From positions 1-37,545 of the forward strand of contig DATCPJ010000013.1 of the NCBI GenBank assembly GCA_036570145.1: a DNA stretch of 37,545 bases, read 5' to 3'. The DNA comes from Candidatus Dormiibacterota bacterium. Lineage in GTDB: Bacteria > Chloroflexota > Dormibacteria > Dormibacterales > Dormibacteraceae. Each line of letters begins with the position of its first letter. Within the stretch, counting starts at the first letter, position 1. The notes under the pieces were generated by a model. The model was given only the letters and a program-made list of their open reading frames with translations, searched no databases and was not told the DNA's origin. A program made the position numbers and the translations under genes. Positions 23,849 to 32,359 of the stretch are shown in pieces.

Positions 23849-25931
23849 GGTTGCCGGAAGCCCGTTCGGTGGCCAGCCGCTGGAGCGCGACCTGGGAGTC
23901 GATCCCCTTCTTGGTGTGCACCTTGCTCCAGCAGCCGTCCGGTCCGAGCTCCCAGGCGAGCACGTCGTCGGAAAGAGTCAGGTCGAGCATCTCATCGAGG
24001 CGCTGGCAGAGGTCGGCATCAGTCACCGGCACCACGGCCTCGACCCGGCGGTCGAGGTTGCGGTCCATCATGTCGGCCGAGCCGAGGTAGAAGTCCACCC
24101 CGCGCTTGTCGTTGCCGAAGCGGAACAGCCGCGAGTGCTCGAGGAAGCGGCCGACGACCGAGCGCACCCGGATCCTCTCCGAGAGCCCCGGCACCCCGGG
24201 GCGGAGGCAGCAGATGCCGCGCACGATGAGATCGATCTCGGCGCCGCCCTTGCTCGCGGCGTAGAGGGCGTCGATGACCTCGGGATCGACCAGGTTGTTG
24301 ACCTTCATCACGATCCGGCCCTTCGGTCCCTTCGCCTCCCGCTCGATCAGGTAGAGGATCCCGGCCCGGAGCGTCGTCGGCGCGACCAGCAGGCGGCGGT
24401 ACTTGCGCTGCCGGCTGTAGCCGGTCAGCAGGTTGAAGAGCTCGCTGACGTCGTGGCCGAGGTCGGGGTCCGCGGAGAGGAGGCCGAGGTCCTCATAGAC
24501 GTGGGCGGTCGCCGGGTTGTAGTTGCCGGTTCCGATATGGACGTAGTAGCGGATGCCGGAGCTCTCCATCCGCACCACCAGGGTGACCTTGGCGTGGGTC
24601 TTGAGGCCGACCAGGCCGTAGACGACGTGGACGCCCGCCTCCTCCAGCGCCTGGGCCCACTCGATGTTGGCCTGCTCGTCGCCACGCGCCTTCAGCTCGA
24701 CCAGGGCCACCACCTGCTTGCCAAGCTCGGCCGCCACGACGAGTGAGCGCGCGATCGGGCTCGCCGGTCCAGAGGTGCGGTAGAGGGTCTGCTTGATGGC
24801 GAGGACACGGGGATCGGTGGAGGCCTGGTCGATGAACGCCTCGACCGAGGTCGTGAAGGAGTCGTAGGGATGCTCGACCAGGACGTCCCCGTTTCGGATC
24901 ACTTCGAAGACGTCGGTCGCCTCGCTCGCGCTGCCCTGGAGGCGGGGCTGGGTGGTGGGCACCCAGGCCGGCGATTTCAGGTCCGGGTGATCGAGGTCGT
25001 AAAGGGAGTCGAGGCCGCCCAGGTCGAGCAGGCCGGGCACCCGGTAGACGTCCACCCAGTCAAGCTCCAGCTCCCGGACCATGAGATCGAGGTAGCGCCG
25101 GGGCAGATCCGGGTCCACCTCGAGCCGGACGGCTCGGCCCTGCCGGCGGCGGCGACGGAGCTCGGTCTGGATCGCCGAGAGGAGGTCCTCGGCCTCGCTT
25201 TCGACGAGGTCGAGGTCGGCGTCCCGGGTGATCCGGAAGGCGTGGGTGTCGACGATCTCCATGCCCGAGAAGAGCGACTGGACGTTGAGAGCGATCAGCT
25301 GCTCGAGGGGAAGGAAGCCGCCACTGTCGGGGAGCTCGCTGAAGCGGGGCAGCAGCGGTGGCACCTTCAGGCGGGCGAAGCGCTCCACCCGGCGCAGCGG
25401 GTCGCGAACGATCACGGCCAGGTTCAGCGAGAGGTGCGATATGTAGGGGAACGGGTGGGCCGGGTCGACCGCCAGGGGTGTCAGCACCGGGAAGATGTGC
25501 TGTTCGAACTGCGCCGCGACGTGCCTGCGCTCGGCCCTGCTCAGCGAGCCGGCGTCGCGGATCCGGATCCCGGCGGCCTCCAGGGCCGGAGAGAGCTCGT
25601 CCTGGAAGAGCCTCCCCTGGCGGGAGGTCAGCGACTCGACCCGCTTGCGGATCGCGCGCAGCTGCTCGGCCGGGGTGGCGCCGTCGATCGCCGTCGAGCG
25701 CACGGCGGCCTCGACCTGCTCCTGGAGGCCGGCGACCCGGATCTGGAAGAACTCGTCCAGGCTCTTGCTGAAGATGGACAGGAAGTGGACGCGGTCGAGC
25801 AGCGGTAACCCGCGGTCCTCCGCCATCGCCAGGACCCGTTCGTTGAAGTCGAGACGGGAGAGCTCACGGTTGAGGTAGCGCTTGGAGCGCCGATCGCGCC
25901 CCGCCTCTGCGGATGCCTTGACCCTTGCCAT
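23841..25931 (-). CDS. ppk1: polyphosphate kinase 1
   Basis: 696 aa from the ATG at 25929-25931, preceded by GGAAGGGGA. The N-terminal motif is RYLNRELSRLDFNERVL, and the PLD-like C-terminal domains include KTHAKVTLVVR. The further upstream part of ORF 23841..26186 would overlap ppx and is rejected. Confidence 0.9.
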   Translation of the reverse strand: MARVKASAEAGRDRRSKRYLNRELSRLDFNERVLAMAEDRGLPLLDRVHFLSIFSKSLDEFFQIRVAGLQEQVEAAVRSTAIDGATPAEQLRAIRKRVESLTSRQGRLFQDELSPALEAAGIRIRDAGSLSRAERRHVAAQFEQHIFPVLTPLAVDPAHPFPYISHLSLNLAVIVRDPLRRVERFARLKVPPLLPRFSELPDSGGFLPLEQLIALNVQSLFSGMEIVDTHAFRITRDADLDLVESEAEDLLSAIQTELRRRRRQGRAVRLEVDPDLPRRYLDLMVRELELDWVDVYRVPGLLDLGGLDSLYDLDHPDLKSPAWVPTTQPRLQGSASEATDVFEVIRNGDVLVEHPYDSFTTSVEAFIDQASTDPRVLAIKQTLYRTSGPASPIARSLVVAAELGKQVVALVELKARGDEQANIEWAQALEEAGVHVVYGLVGLKTHAKVTLVVRMESSGIRYYVHIGTGNYNPATAHVYEDLGLLSADPDLGHDVSELFNLLTGYSRQRKYRRLLVAPTTLRAGILYLIEREAKGPKGRIVMKVNNLVDPEVIDALYAASKGGAEIDLIVRGICCLRPGVPGLSERIRVRSVVGRFLEHSRLFRFGNDKRGVDFYLGSADMMDRNLDRRVEAVVPVTDADLCQRLDEMLDLTLSDDVLAWELGPDGCWSKVHTKKGIDSQVALQRLATERASGNHG

Positions 25932-25970
25932 TTCCCCTTCCCGGATGGTACCCGCCCTATCCTTCGGCCG

Positions 25971-26906
25971 ATGAGGTTGGCGGCCGTCGACGTCGGCAGC
26001 AATACGATCCACGCCCTCGTCGTGGACGTCGTCGACGGGAGGCTGGAAGAGGTGTCCCACTTCGTCGAGATGCCATCGCTCGGCTCCGCCGTCGCGCGGA
26101 CCGGCCGCATCGGGGAGAAGGCCGAGGAGGCGGTCAGAGCCCTGCGGTCGGTCGTCGACCAGGCTCGTGCCACAGGCTTCGAGCACCTCGTGGCGGGCGC
26201 CACAGCGGCCGTCCGGCAGGCGGCGGACGGCGTCGAATTCCTGCGCCGCTGCTCAGAGGCCATCGGGGTGCCGGTCCGCCTCATCTCGCCCGAGCGCGAG
26301 GCACAGCTCAGCTTCGCCGGCGTGGCCCAGCGGCATGCCGTGCGGCGGCAATGGCTGATGGCCGACCTCGGTGGCGGAAGCACCGAGCTGGTTGTCGCCC
26401 GCGACCACCACATCGAAGCCTGGCGCTCGCTTCCGATCGGTTCCGGCGTGCTGGCCGGCAGGTATCTCTCCGACCCGCCGCGCGCCGGCGAGCGGGAGGC
26501 CCTGCGGGCCGAGGCCGTGGTCCTCCTCAAGGACGCACCGGAGTGCGAGCCGACCCGCCTTGTGGCCACCGGCGGGACGGCCTCCAACATGCCCCAGGTG
26601 GTCTCCCAGGCGCGTCCTCCGACGGTCCTCTCGCGGCAAGCGCTGCTCCGTGCCGCGGACCGTCTCGACCTGGCGCCTGCTGCCGAGCTGGAGCAGCGTT
26701 ATTTGCTCCGGCCCGGGCGGGTGGTGGCGATGCGAGGAGGGGTCGAGGTGCTGCTGCTGCTGCTCGACTGGGCCGGCCTCGACCGCCTCCACGTCAGCCT
26801 GGAGGGTCTCCGGCAGGGGATGATCCTGGCCTACCTCGACAGCGGCGAGGACTGGTACCGCGATTCCCATCCGGATGTCACAAAGGAGGCCCTCGCGGGG
26901 CTTTAG
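25971..26906 (+). CDS. ppx: Ppx/GppA-family phosphatase (short form, ASKHA domains only)
   Basis: 311 aa with the AAVDVGSNTIH phosphate-1 motif and the pattern ISPEREAQLSF...DLGGGSTEL. It is divergent from ppk1. Confidence 0.85.
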   Translation: MRLAAVDVGSNTIHALVVDVVDGRLEEVSHFVEMPSLGSAVARTGRIGEKAEEAVRALRSVVDQARATGFEHLVAGATAAVRQAADGVEFLRRCSEAIGVPVRLISPEREAQLSFAGVAQRHAVRRQWLMADLGGGSTELVVARDHHIEAWRSLPIGSGVLAGRYLSDPPRAGEREALRAEAVVLLKDAPECEPTRLVATGGTASNMPQVVSQARPPTVLSRQALLRAADRLDLAPAAELEQRYLLRPGRVVAMRGGVEVLLLLLDWAGLDRLHVSLEGLRQGMILAYLDSGEDWYRDSHPDVTKEALAGL

Positions 26907-26913
26907 GTCTCGA

Positions 26914-27816
26914 ATGGAAGCTGTCCTCGAAACCCACGGCCTCTCCAAGTCGTATGGGTCAAGGGCGGCGGTCAAGTCGCTCGACCTCTCGGTCGGGCAG
27001 GGCGAGATCTTTGGCTTCCTCGGCCCCAATGGGGCGGGCAAGACGACCACCATCCGGATGGCGCTCGGCCTCATCCGTCCCACCGGAGGTACCGTCGAGG
27101 TGCTCGGCCAGGACATCACCCGCAACCGGCGCAAGGTCCTGCCGCGGGTTGGTGCGCTCGTCGAGTCGCCCGCCCTTTACCTCTACCTGTCGGGACGCGA
27201 CAACCTGAAGGCGGTCGGCGACGTGCTCGGCGGCGTGCCCGCCTCGCGGATCGATGCGGTTCTCGAAACGGTCGGCCTGGCGGACCGCCAGCGCGACCGC
27301 GTGAAGTCCTACTCGCTGGGCATGAAGCAGCGCCTCGGCCTCGCCATCGCGCTTCTCAACGACCCCGATCTCCTGATCCTGGACGAGCCCGCCAACGGCC
27401 TCGACCCTGCCGGCGTGGTCGAGATGCGCGACCTGCTCCGGAACCTGGCCGGCCAGGGAAAGACGATCTTCATCTCCAGCCACGTCCTCTCCGAGGTTCA
27501 GCAGATCTGCGGCCGCGTCGCGATCATCAACCTCGGCGAGCTGGTCAAGGTCGCCACCGTCGAAGAGCTCGTCGCCTCGCACGGCGAGTTCACGGTCGTG
27601 GTCGAGGACGCGAGCGCCGTCCTCGAGCTGATCCGGCGCCAGGAGTGGGGCAGCACCGCCCGCCTCGCCGAGGGCGCCATCGTCTGCGCCTCGCCGACCG
27701 GGCGAGGCCGCGACCTGACCCGCTTTCTGGTCGCCGCCGGCCACTGGCCGGATGCCATCGGCGAGCGTCACCAGGACCTCGAGGACATCTTCCTGAGCCT
27801 CACCGGGGCGGCCTGA
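26914..27816 (+). CDS. ABC transporter ATP-binding protein (ABC-2 exporter type)
   Basis: The ATG at 26914 lies 7 nt after the ppx stop. It has Walker A GPNGAGKTT, signature YSLGMKQRL and Walker B LLILDEP. Confidence 0.85.
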   Translation: MEAVLETHGLSKSYGSRAAVKSLDLSVGQGEIFGFLGPNGAGKTTTIRMALGLIRPTGGTVEVLGQDITRNRRKVLPRVGALVESPALYLYLSGRDNLKAVGDVLGGVPASRIDAVLETVGLADRQRDRVKSYSLGMKQRLGLAIALLNDPDLLILDEPANGLDPAGVVEMRDLLRNLAGQGKTIFISSHVLSEVQQICGRVAIINLGELVKVATVEELVASHGEFTVVVEDASAVLELIRRQEWGSTARLAEGAIVCASPTGRGRDLTRFLVAAGHWPDAIGERHQDLEDIFLSLTGAA

Positions 27817-27819
27817 AAC

Positions 27820-28737
27820 ATGGCCGGCGCACCGGTGGCCGCCGCCGGCCGAACCGCCGCCGCTTCGGCCATCCTGCGGCCGAGCTTTCTCGGCGCCGTG
27901 CGCGGCGAGCTGCTGAAGTTGAGCCGCCAGCGCTCCCTCTGGGTGATGCTCGTCCTCGGAGCGCTCCTCTTCGGCTTCGTCGGTCTCGCCATCTTCAGCA
28001 CCGACAACGTCAAGCAGACCCTCAGGGTCGCGCCCGAGCAGTTCCTCTACGCCGCCCTCGACATCATGGGCACCCTCTTCAACACCGGTTCGGGCATCGT
28101 CCTGCTGATCTGCGCATCGCGGCTCTTCGGGATGGAGTACAGCGCCGGTACCATCCGCATCCTCCTCGCTCGAGGAACCGGCAGGCTGCAGCTCTACTTC
28201 GCCAAGCTCGTCGCCCTGGCGCTGCTGGGACTGCTGCTGCTGGCCGGGTTCGCGGCGGTGGCGTTTGGCATGATCTACGCCTTCGCAAATTCCGTCACCG
28301 GCAGCTTCACCCCACTGACGACCCTTCCGGCGATCGCCTATAGGGACCTCGAGCTCACCTTCCTGGTCGGCCTTGTCAGCATCGGCATGACCATCCTGCT
28401 GGGCAGCACGGCCGCCATCCTCGGCCGCTCGCTGTCCTTCGGGATCGCGGCCGCGATGGCCTTCTTTCCCGCCGACAACTTCGGGACCCTGATCCTCGGC
28501 ATCATGCAGCGGATCACCCACATCGACGCCTGGACCAAGGCGACCGCTTACCTGTTAGGTCCCAACCTGAACATCCTGGCATCCAAGCTGGAGCCCGGCC
28601 GGCAGGTTCGGCCTGCCTTCGCAACGCCAAACGTCGCCGTCAGCGCCGAGCACGTCTGGACGGTGGTCGGCGCCTACGCCGCGCTCTTCCTGGTCGCCTC
28701 GATCGTCCTCTTGCTGCGCCGAGACGTCCTCGAATAG
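27820..28737 (+). CDS. ABC-2 family transporter permease
   Basis: 305 aa with about 6 TM segments. It starts 3 nt after the ATPase stop. Confidence 0.7.
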   Translation: MAGAPVAAAGRTAAASAILRPSFLGAVRGELLKLSRQRSLWVMLVLGALLFGFVGLAIFSTDNVKQTLRVAPEQFLYAALDIMGTLFNTGSGIVLLICASRLFGMEYSAGTIRILLARGTGRLQLYFAKLVALALLGLLLLAGFAAVAFGMIYAFANSVTGSFTPLTTLPAIAYRDLELTFLVGLVSIGMTILLGSTAAILGRSLSFGIAAAMAFFPADNFGTLILGIMQRITHIDAWTKATAYLLGPNLNILASKLEPGRQVRPAFATPNVAVSAEHVWTVVGAYAALFLVASIVLLLRRDVLE

Positions 28738-28758
28738 CGCGGGCGCACCTGCCGCGTG

Positions 28759-28925
28759 GGTAGATACTGGGTCCGATTCAACACAAAGACACAAAGTCCA
28801 CAAAGGACGCACAAAGGGACGGGATTAAGAACGGCCTCGACCGGCTCGTGAACGGCTAAGTTCGTCGTCGTCGTCCTCTAATTTTTCTTCTTCGTGCGTA
28901 CTTCGTGTTCTTCGTGTCTTTGTGT
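28759..28925. repeat. long imperfect inverted repeat built from CAC[A/G]AAG heptads, family B, copy 2
   Basis: The terminal 8-mers GGGTCCGA (28759-28766) and TCGGACCC (28918-28925) are perfect inverted copies. Left-arm CACAAAG heptads begin at 28772, 28780, 28789 and 28800. Right-arm CTTCGTG/CTTTGTG heptads begin at 28880, 28891, 28900 and 28908. The centre is about 70 nt. Confidence 0.75.
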
Positions 28926-28947
28926 TTTCGGACCCCTTTCCTTCGCC

Positions 28948-29955
28948 CTAACCGCGCAGGCCCGCCGTGTGGAGGATCGCGAACATCACCCAGGCGACCG
29001 CCGCCGACGCCGGGATCGTTACCAGCCAGGCGACGACGATGTTGAGGCCGACCCCCCAACGCAGCGCTGACAGGCTGCGTGCCGCACCCGACCCCATGAC
29101 GGAGCCGGTGACCACGTGCGTCGTGCTGACCGGGAGCCCGATCTGCGACGCGACCTGGATGACCGTCGCGCCGGTCAACTGCGCGGCAAGGCCGCCGACC
29201 GGGTCCATCTTGTAAATCCGCCACCCGAGGGTCCGAATGATGCGCCAGCCGCCGGCGTAGGTGCCGAAGGCGATCGCCGCCGCCGAGAGAACGACGACCC
29301 AGACGGGAACCTCGAACTTCGTGATCTGGCCGCTGGCGACGAGTCCGAGGGTGATCGCAGCCATCGTCTTCTGGGCGTCGTTCCCTCCGTGGGAGAAGGA
29401 CACGAAGGCCGCCGCCGCGATCTGGAGGAGCCGGAAGGTTCGGTTGACCGGCCCCGGACGCAGGCGGTGGACGGCAAGGATGATCAGGGTGACCAAGATC
29501 GCGGCGATCACGAAGCCGAGCAGCGGGGAGACGACAAGCGAGGTGATCTGCTTGCTGAAGGACGCCCATTTGACCGCCGAGAAGCTGCCCACCGACGCCA
29601 CTCCGGCCCCCACGAGGCCTCCGATCAGCGCGTGCGTGGAGCTGCTCGGCAGCCCGAAGAACCAGGTGACGAGGTTCCAAGCGATCGCGCCCAGGAGAGC
29701 CGCGATGACGACGACCATGCCGGCCTTGAAGGAGAGCGTGCTGGCGATCGTGTTGGCAACCTTCGAGTGGAGCACGAGCACGGTGACGAGGGCGCCGAGG
29801 AGGTTGAAGATGGATGACACCGCCACCGCCTGGCCGGCGCTCATGGCACGCGTCGAGATCGATGTCGCGATCGCGTTGGCGGTGTCGTGAAAGCCGTTCG
29901 TGAAGTCGAAGGCCACCGCGACCACGATGGTCGCGACGAGGAGGCCTTCAAGCAT
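28948..29955 (-). CDS. pit: inorganic phosphate transporter, PiT (PHO4) family
   Basis: 335 aa, multi-TM, with duplicated PiT signatures FTNGFHDTANAIA and FSHGGNDAQKTMA. The ATG overlaps the upstream stop by 8 nt (ATGCTTGA). Confidence 0.9.
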   Translation of the reverse strand: MLEGLLVATIVVAVAFDFTNGFHDTANAIATSISTRAMSAGQAVAVSSIFNLLGALVTVLVLHSKVANTIASTLSFKAGMVVVIAALLGAIAWNLVTWFFGLPSSSTHALIGGLVGAGVASVGSFSAVKWASFSKQITSLVVSPLLGFVIAAILVTLIILAVHRLRPGPVNRTFRLLQIAAAAFVSFSHGGNDAQKTMAAITLGLVASGQITKFEVPVWVVVLSAAAIAFGTYAGGWRIIRTLGWRIYKMDPVGGLAAQLTGATVIQVASQIGLPVSTTHVVTGSVMGSGAARSLSALRWGVGLNIVVAWLVTIPASAAVAWVMFAILHTAGLRG

Positions 29956-30559
29956 TCTTGATCGCCATCGCCTCGAGGACGTTGGCCGCGGTTTCGCAGC
30001 CGTCCATGGTCGCTTCGAGCAGGTCGTAGATGTCCTTCCACTTGACCAGGTGAGCGGCGGTGTGCTCCTCGGTGAAGAGCGCGGCCAGCGCCTCCCGGGT
30101 CAGGAGGTCGGCCTCGTTCTCGAGCCGGTGGATCTCGATCCGCCGCGGCTCCAGCTCCCGGAACCCCTCGAGGTCCTCGAGCGCGCGGGCGAGAACGTCC
30201 CCCGCTTTCGCGAGGTTCTCGCCCATCCTGCGGGCGGCTTCGGAGATCTCCTTGACGTGGTAGAGGTCGATCTTGTCGGAGACCTCCTCGGCGAGGTCCA
30301 CGATGTCGTCCAGCGCCGACGCCAGGGCGAGGATGTCCTCCCGCTCGATCGGCGTGACGAAGGTCTTGTTGACGAGGCGGTAGATGTCGTGGGCGACGTC
30401 GTCGGCCTCGTGCTCGAGATCCCTGAGCCGCGGATGCCGTGAGCGGCCCTCCAGCAGGCTCTTGCTCAGCTCGACGAGGGTGTCGTGGACGAGCGCGCCC
30501 TGCTTTGCGAAGAGGTCGTAAAAACGCCTCTCCTGCGGAACCAGGCTGAATTTCATCAA
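29948..30559 (-). CDS. DUF47-family (PhoU-like, YkaA-type) Pit accessory protein
   Basis: 203 aa, helical, with the typical DUF47 N-terminus (F..LF......V......L) and the known pairing directly upstream of pit. A strong GGAGGTGA Shine-Dalgarno precedes the ATG. Confidence 0.85.
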   Translation of the reverse strand: MMKFSLVPQERRFYDLFAKQGALVHDTLVELSKSLLEGRSRHPRLRDLEHEADDVAHDIYRLVNKTFVTPIEREDILALASALDDIVDLAEEVSDKIDLYHVKEISEAARRMGENLAKAGDVLARALEDLEGFRELEPRRIEIHRLENEADLLTREALAALFTEEHTAAHLVKWKDIYDLLEATMDGCETAANVLEAMAIKNA

Positions 30560-30634
30560 ATCACCTCCGCCTTAAAGCGTACGGAGAGGCGGTTAAGGCC
30601 GGGTTAAGCGTTTCCTGGGCGGGAGGCTTGGCTT

Positions 30635-31264
30635 TCAGGCGGCGGGAGGCGGAAGGAAGCCGCTCGGCCAGTGGAACGGCTGGTAGACGAAGTGCTCGCC
30701 AGGCGCCACCACATCGATCGTCTCCAGGTCCACCAACGGCACGGCGCCCGGGGCACCGTGCGATTGCACACCGTCGACGTAGGCCGAGACGCCTCCACCG
30801 GGGAAGGAGGCCGTACCCAGGTGGTTGGCATCCAGGCGCAGCTTCGCGACCGCGAAAGCGTCGGCCAGCAGGAAGGCATGGTCCTGGTAGGCGGACGGCG
30901 CCTCGACGTGGACGATCCCCGAGTCGTCGTGGACGTGGATCCAGTAAAGGCAGAAGGCGTTGATCCCGGTCTGCGCCGGGAGAACCTCGCTGCCGCCGTT
31001 CCGATGGATGCGCAGCGCGAAGTGATAGTGGGTCGCCAGCGACTCCACCGGGGAGCACTGGATGGCGGTCGTGCCGGCGGTGCCGGAGGCAGTGCGCGTC
31101 TTCGAATCGGTGTTGAAGATCAGGTTCATCAGGAACAGCTGCCCGACGAGGATGAGGACACCGAAGACCGCTCCGCCGCCGAGCGCCAGGCCGACCGTCC
31201 GGTTGACTCCAGGCGTGGCGGCTGGGCGGGGCGGCTCCGCCGGCATGCCGTTCCAATTCACCAT
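30635..31264 (-). CDS. membrane-anchored conserved hypothetical protein with a His/Cys-rich motif
   Basis: 209 aa with one N-terminal TM segment. The ectodomain contains THYHFALRIHRNG...CLYWIHVHDDSGIVHVEAP, which resembles a family of unknown function I recall from Actinobacteria. Confidence 0.6.
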   Translation of the reverse strand: MVNWNGMPAEPPRPAATPGVNRTVGLALGGGAVFGVLILVGQLFLMNLIFNTDSKTRTASGTAGTTAIQCSPVESLATHYHFALRIHRNGGSEVLPAQTGINAFCLYWIHVHDDSGIVHVEAPSAYQDHAFLLADAFAVAKLRLDANHLGTASFPGGGVSAYVDGVQSHGAPGAVPLVDLETIDVVAPGEHFVYQPFHWPSGFLPPPAA

Positions 31265-31291
31265 GGCGGACGGGACTATAGGCCGCGGCCT

Positions 31292-31313
31292 GGTTCGATA
31301 ACAACGTCGAACC
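31292..31313. promoter_or_regulatory. perfect 7-8-7 palindrome in a divergent intergenic region (operator candidate)
   Basis: GGTTCGA (31292-31298), TAACAACG, TCGAACC (31307-31313). It lies between the minus-strand start at 31264 and the plus-strand start at 31377. Confidence 0.3.
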
Positions 31314-31376
31314 GCCTACTTATCGCCGTCACCGGCTGCGCGGTCCGGTGGCGCGCGTAAGGTGGAACCAGGTCGA

Positions 31377-32354
31377 ATGGCGAGCCCGATTCAGAAGGTC
31401 GTGATCTTCTTCATGGAGAACCACACGACCGACAACGTGGCCAGCGAGGTTGCCGGCGTCGACGGCAATTCCGCTCTGCCGCTTGCGCCTGACGTGGTCG
31501 TGCACGATCCGCCGCACGACCACGCGCACTGGCTGACGCGCGACGAACCCGCTCCCGGCGGCGCACGGCGCGAGCGCTACAGCGGCGCGCAGCTGCCCAA
31601 CCTCCGCCGCTGGATGAATGCCTTCACGGTCTGCGACCGATATTTCTCCGACTTCGCCGGCAACTCGTTTCCGAACCATGCATTCGCCGTCGGCGCGGAT
31701 GCGGAGTGGACCGACCGCAATCCCGGCGTCACCTATCCGGTGAGCCTGAAGACACCCGGGATCCCCGCTCGCCTGCTCGCGGCCGGCAAGACCTGGGCGA
31801 ACTATGGCAAGGGCTTCGCGTTCCCGCACTACCAGGACAAGCGCCTGCACGTAGTCCCGAAGAGGACCTTCGCCCAGGACGCCAAGGCCGGTAATCTCCC
31901 GAACGTGTCCTGGGTTTACGCGCCCGCGGGACAGGACTTCCATCCGGGCTCGCGCACCAAGATGTCAGCGTCCGACGCGTGGCTCGGTAAGGCCTTGGCG
32001 ACCCTTGCGCAGGGCCCGGACTGGCCACGAGTGGTGGTGTTCATCACCTTCGACGATTGGGGCGGCTGGTCTGATCACGTCGTTCCGCCGCTCCTCGAGA
32101 CCTTTCCCAACCGGCCGGACCAGTACCGCTTCGGCTCGCGCATCCCATGCATCGTGGCCGGACCCTACGCGAAGGCGAAGCACGTCTCCCACGTGCAGTC
32201 CTCGCACGTCAGCATGGTGGCCTTCATCGAGCGGCTCTGGGGTCTTCCGCCCTCGCCCAATCCCGACGCTGCCAGGCGGACCACGTCACCGAACGAGCAC
32301 GCCCTGGCCGATTGCGTCGACACCGCCCAGAAACCGCTTCCGCCGCCCAAATAG
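31377..32354 (+). CDS. phosphoesterase-family protein (PF04185-like, PLC/AcpA acid phosphatase type)
   Basis: IQKVVIFFMENHTTDN, FTVCDRYFSDFAGNSFPNH, VSWVYA...DFHPG and VVFITFDDWGGWSDHVVPP parallel the PF04185 motifs. The ATG at 31377 follows AAGGTGGA by 10 nt, and GTG at 31362 is the alternative start. No signal peptide is evident. Confidence 0.7.
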   Translation: MASPIQKVVIFFMENHTTDNVASEVAGVDGNSALPLAPDVVVHDPPHDHAHWLTRDEPAPGGARRERYSGAQLPNLRRWMNAFTVCDRYFSDFAGNSFPNHAFAVGADAEWTDRNPGVTYPVSLKTPGIPARLLAAGKTWANYGKGFAFPHYQDKRLHVVPKRTFAQDAKAGNLPNVSWVYAPAGQDFHPGSRTKMSASDAWLGKALATLAQGPDWPRVVVFITFDDWGGWSDHVVPPLLETFPNRPDQYRFGSRIPCIVAGPYAKAKHVSHVQSSHVSMVAFIERLWGLPPSPNPDAARRTTSPNEHALADCVDTAQKPLPPPK

Positions 32355-32359
32355 AGGTC

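Noticed and set aside
30565-30600. A CCGCCT...AGGCGG hairpin whose 3' arm (minus strand) overlaps the DUF47 Shine-Dalgarno, as a translational switch.
   Set aside because: The stem is only 6 bp with a 14-nt loop. There is no second copy and no conservation evidence, so it is too weak to claim.
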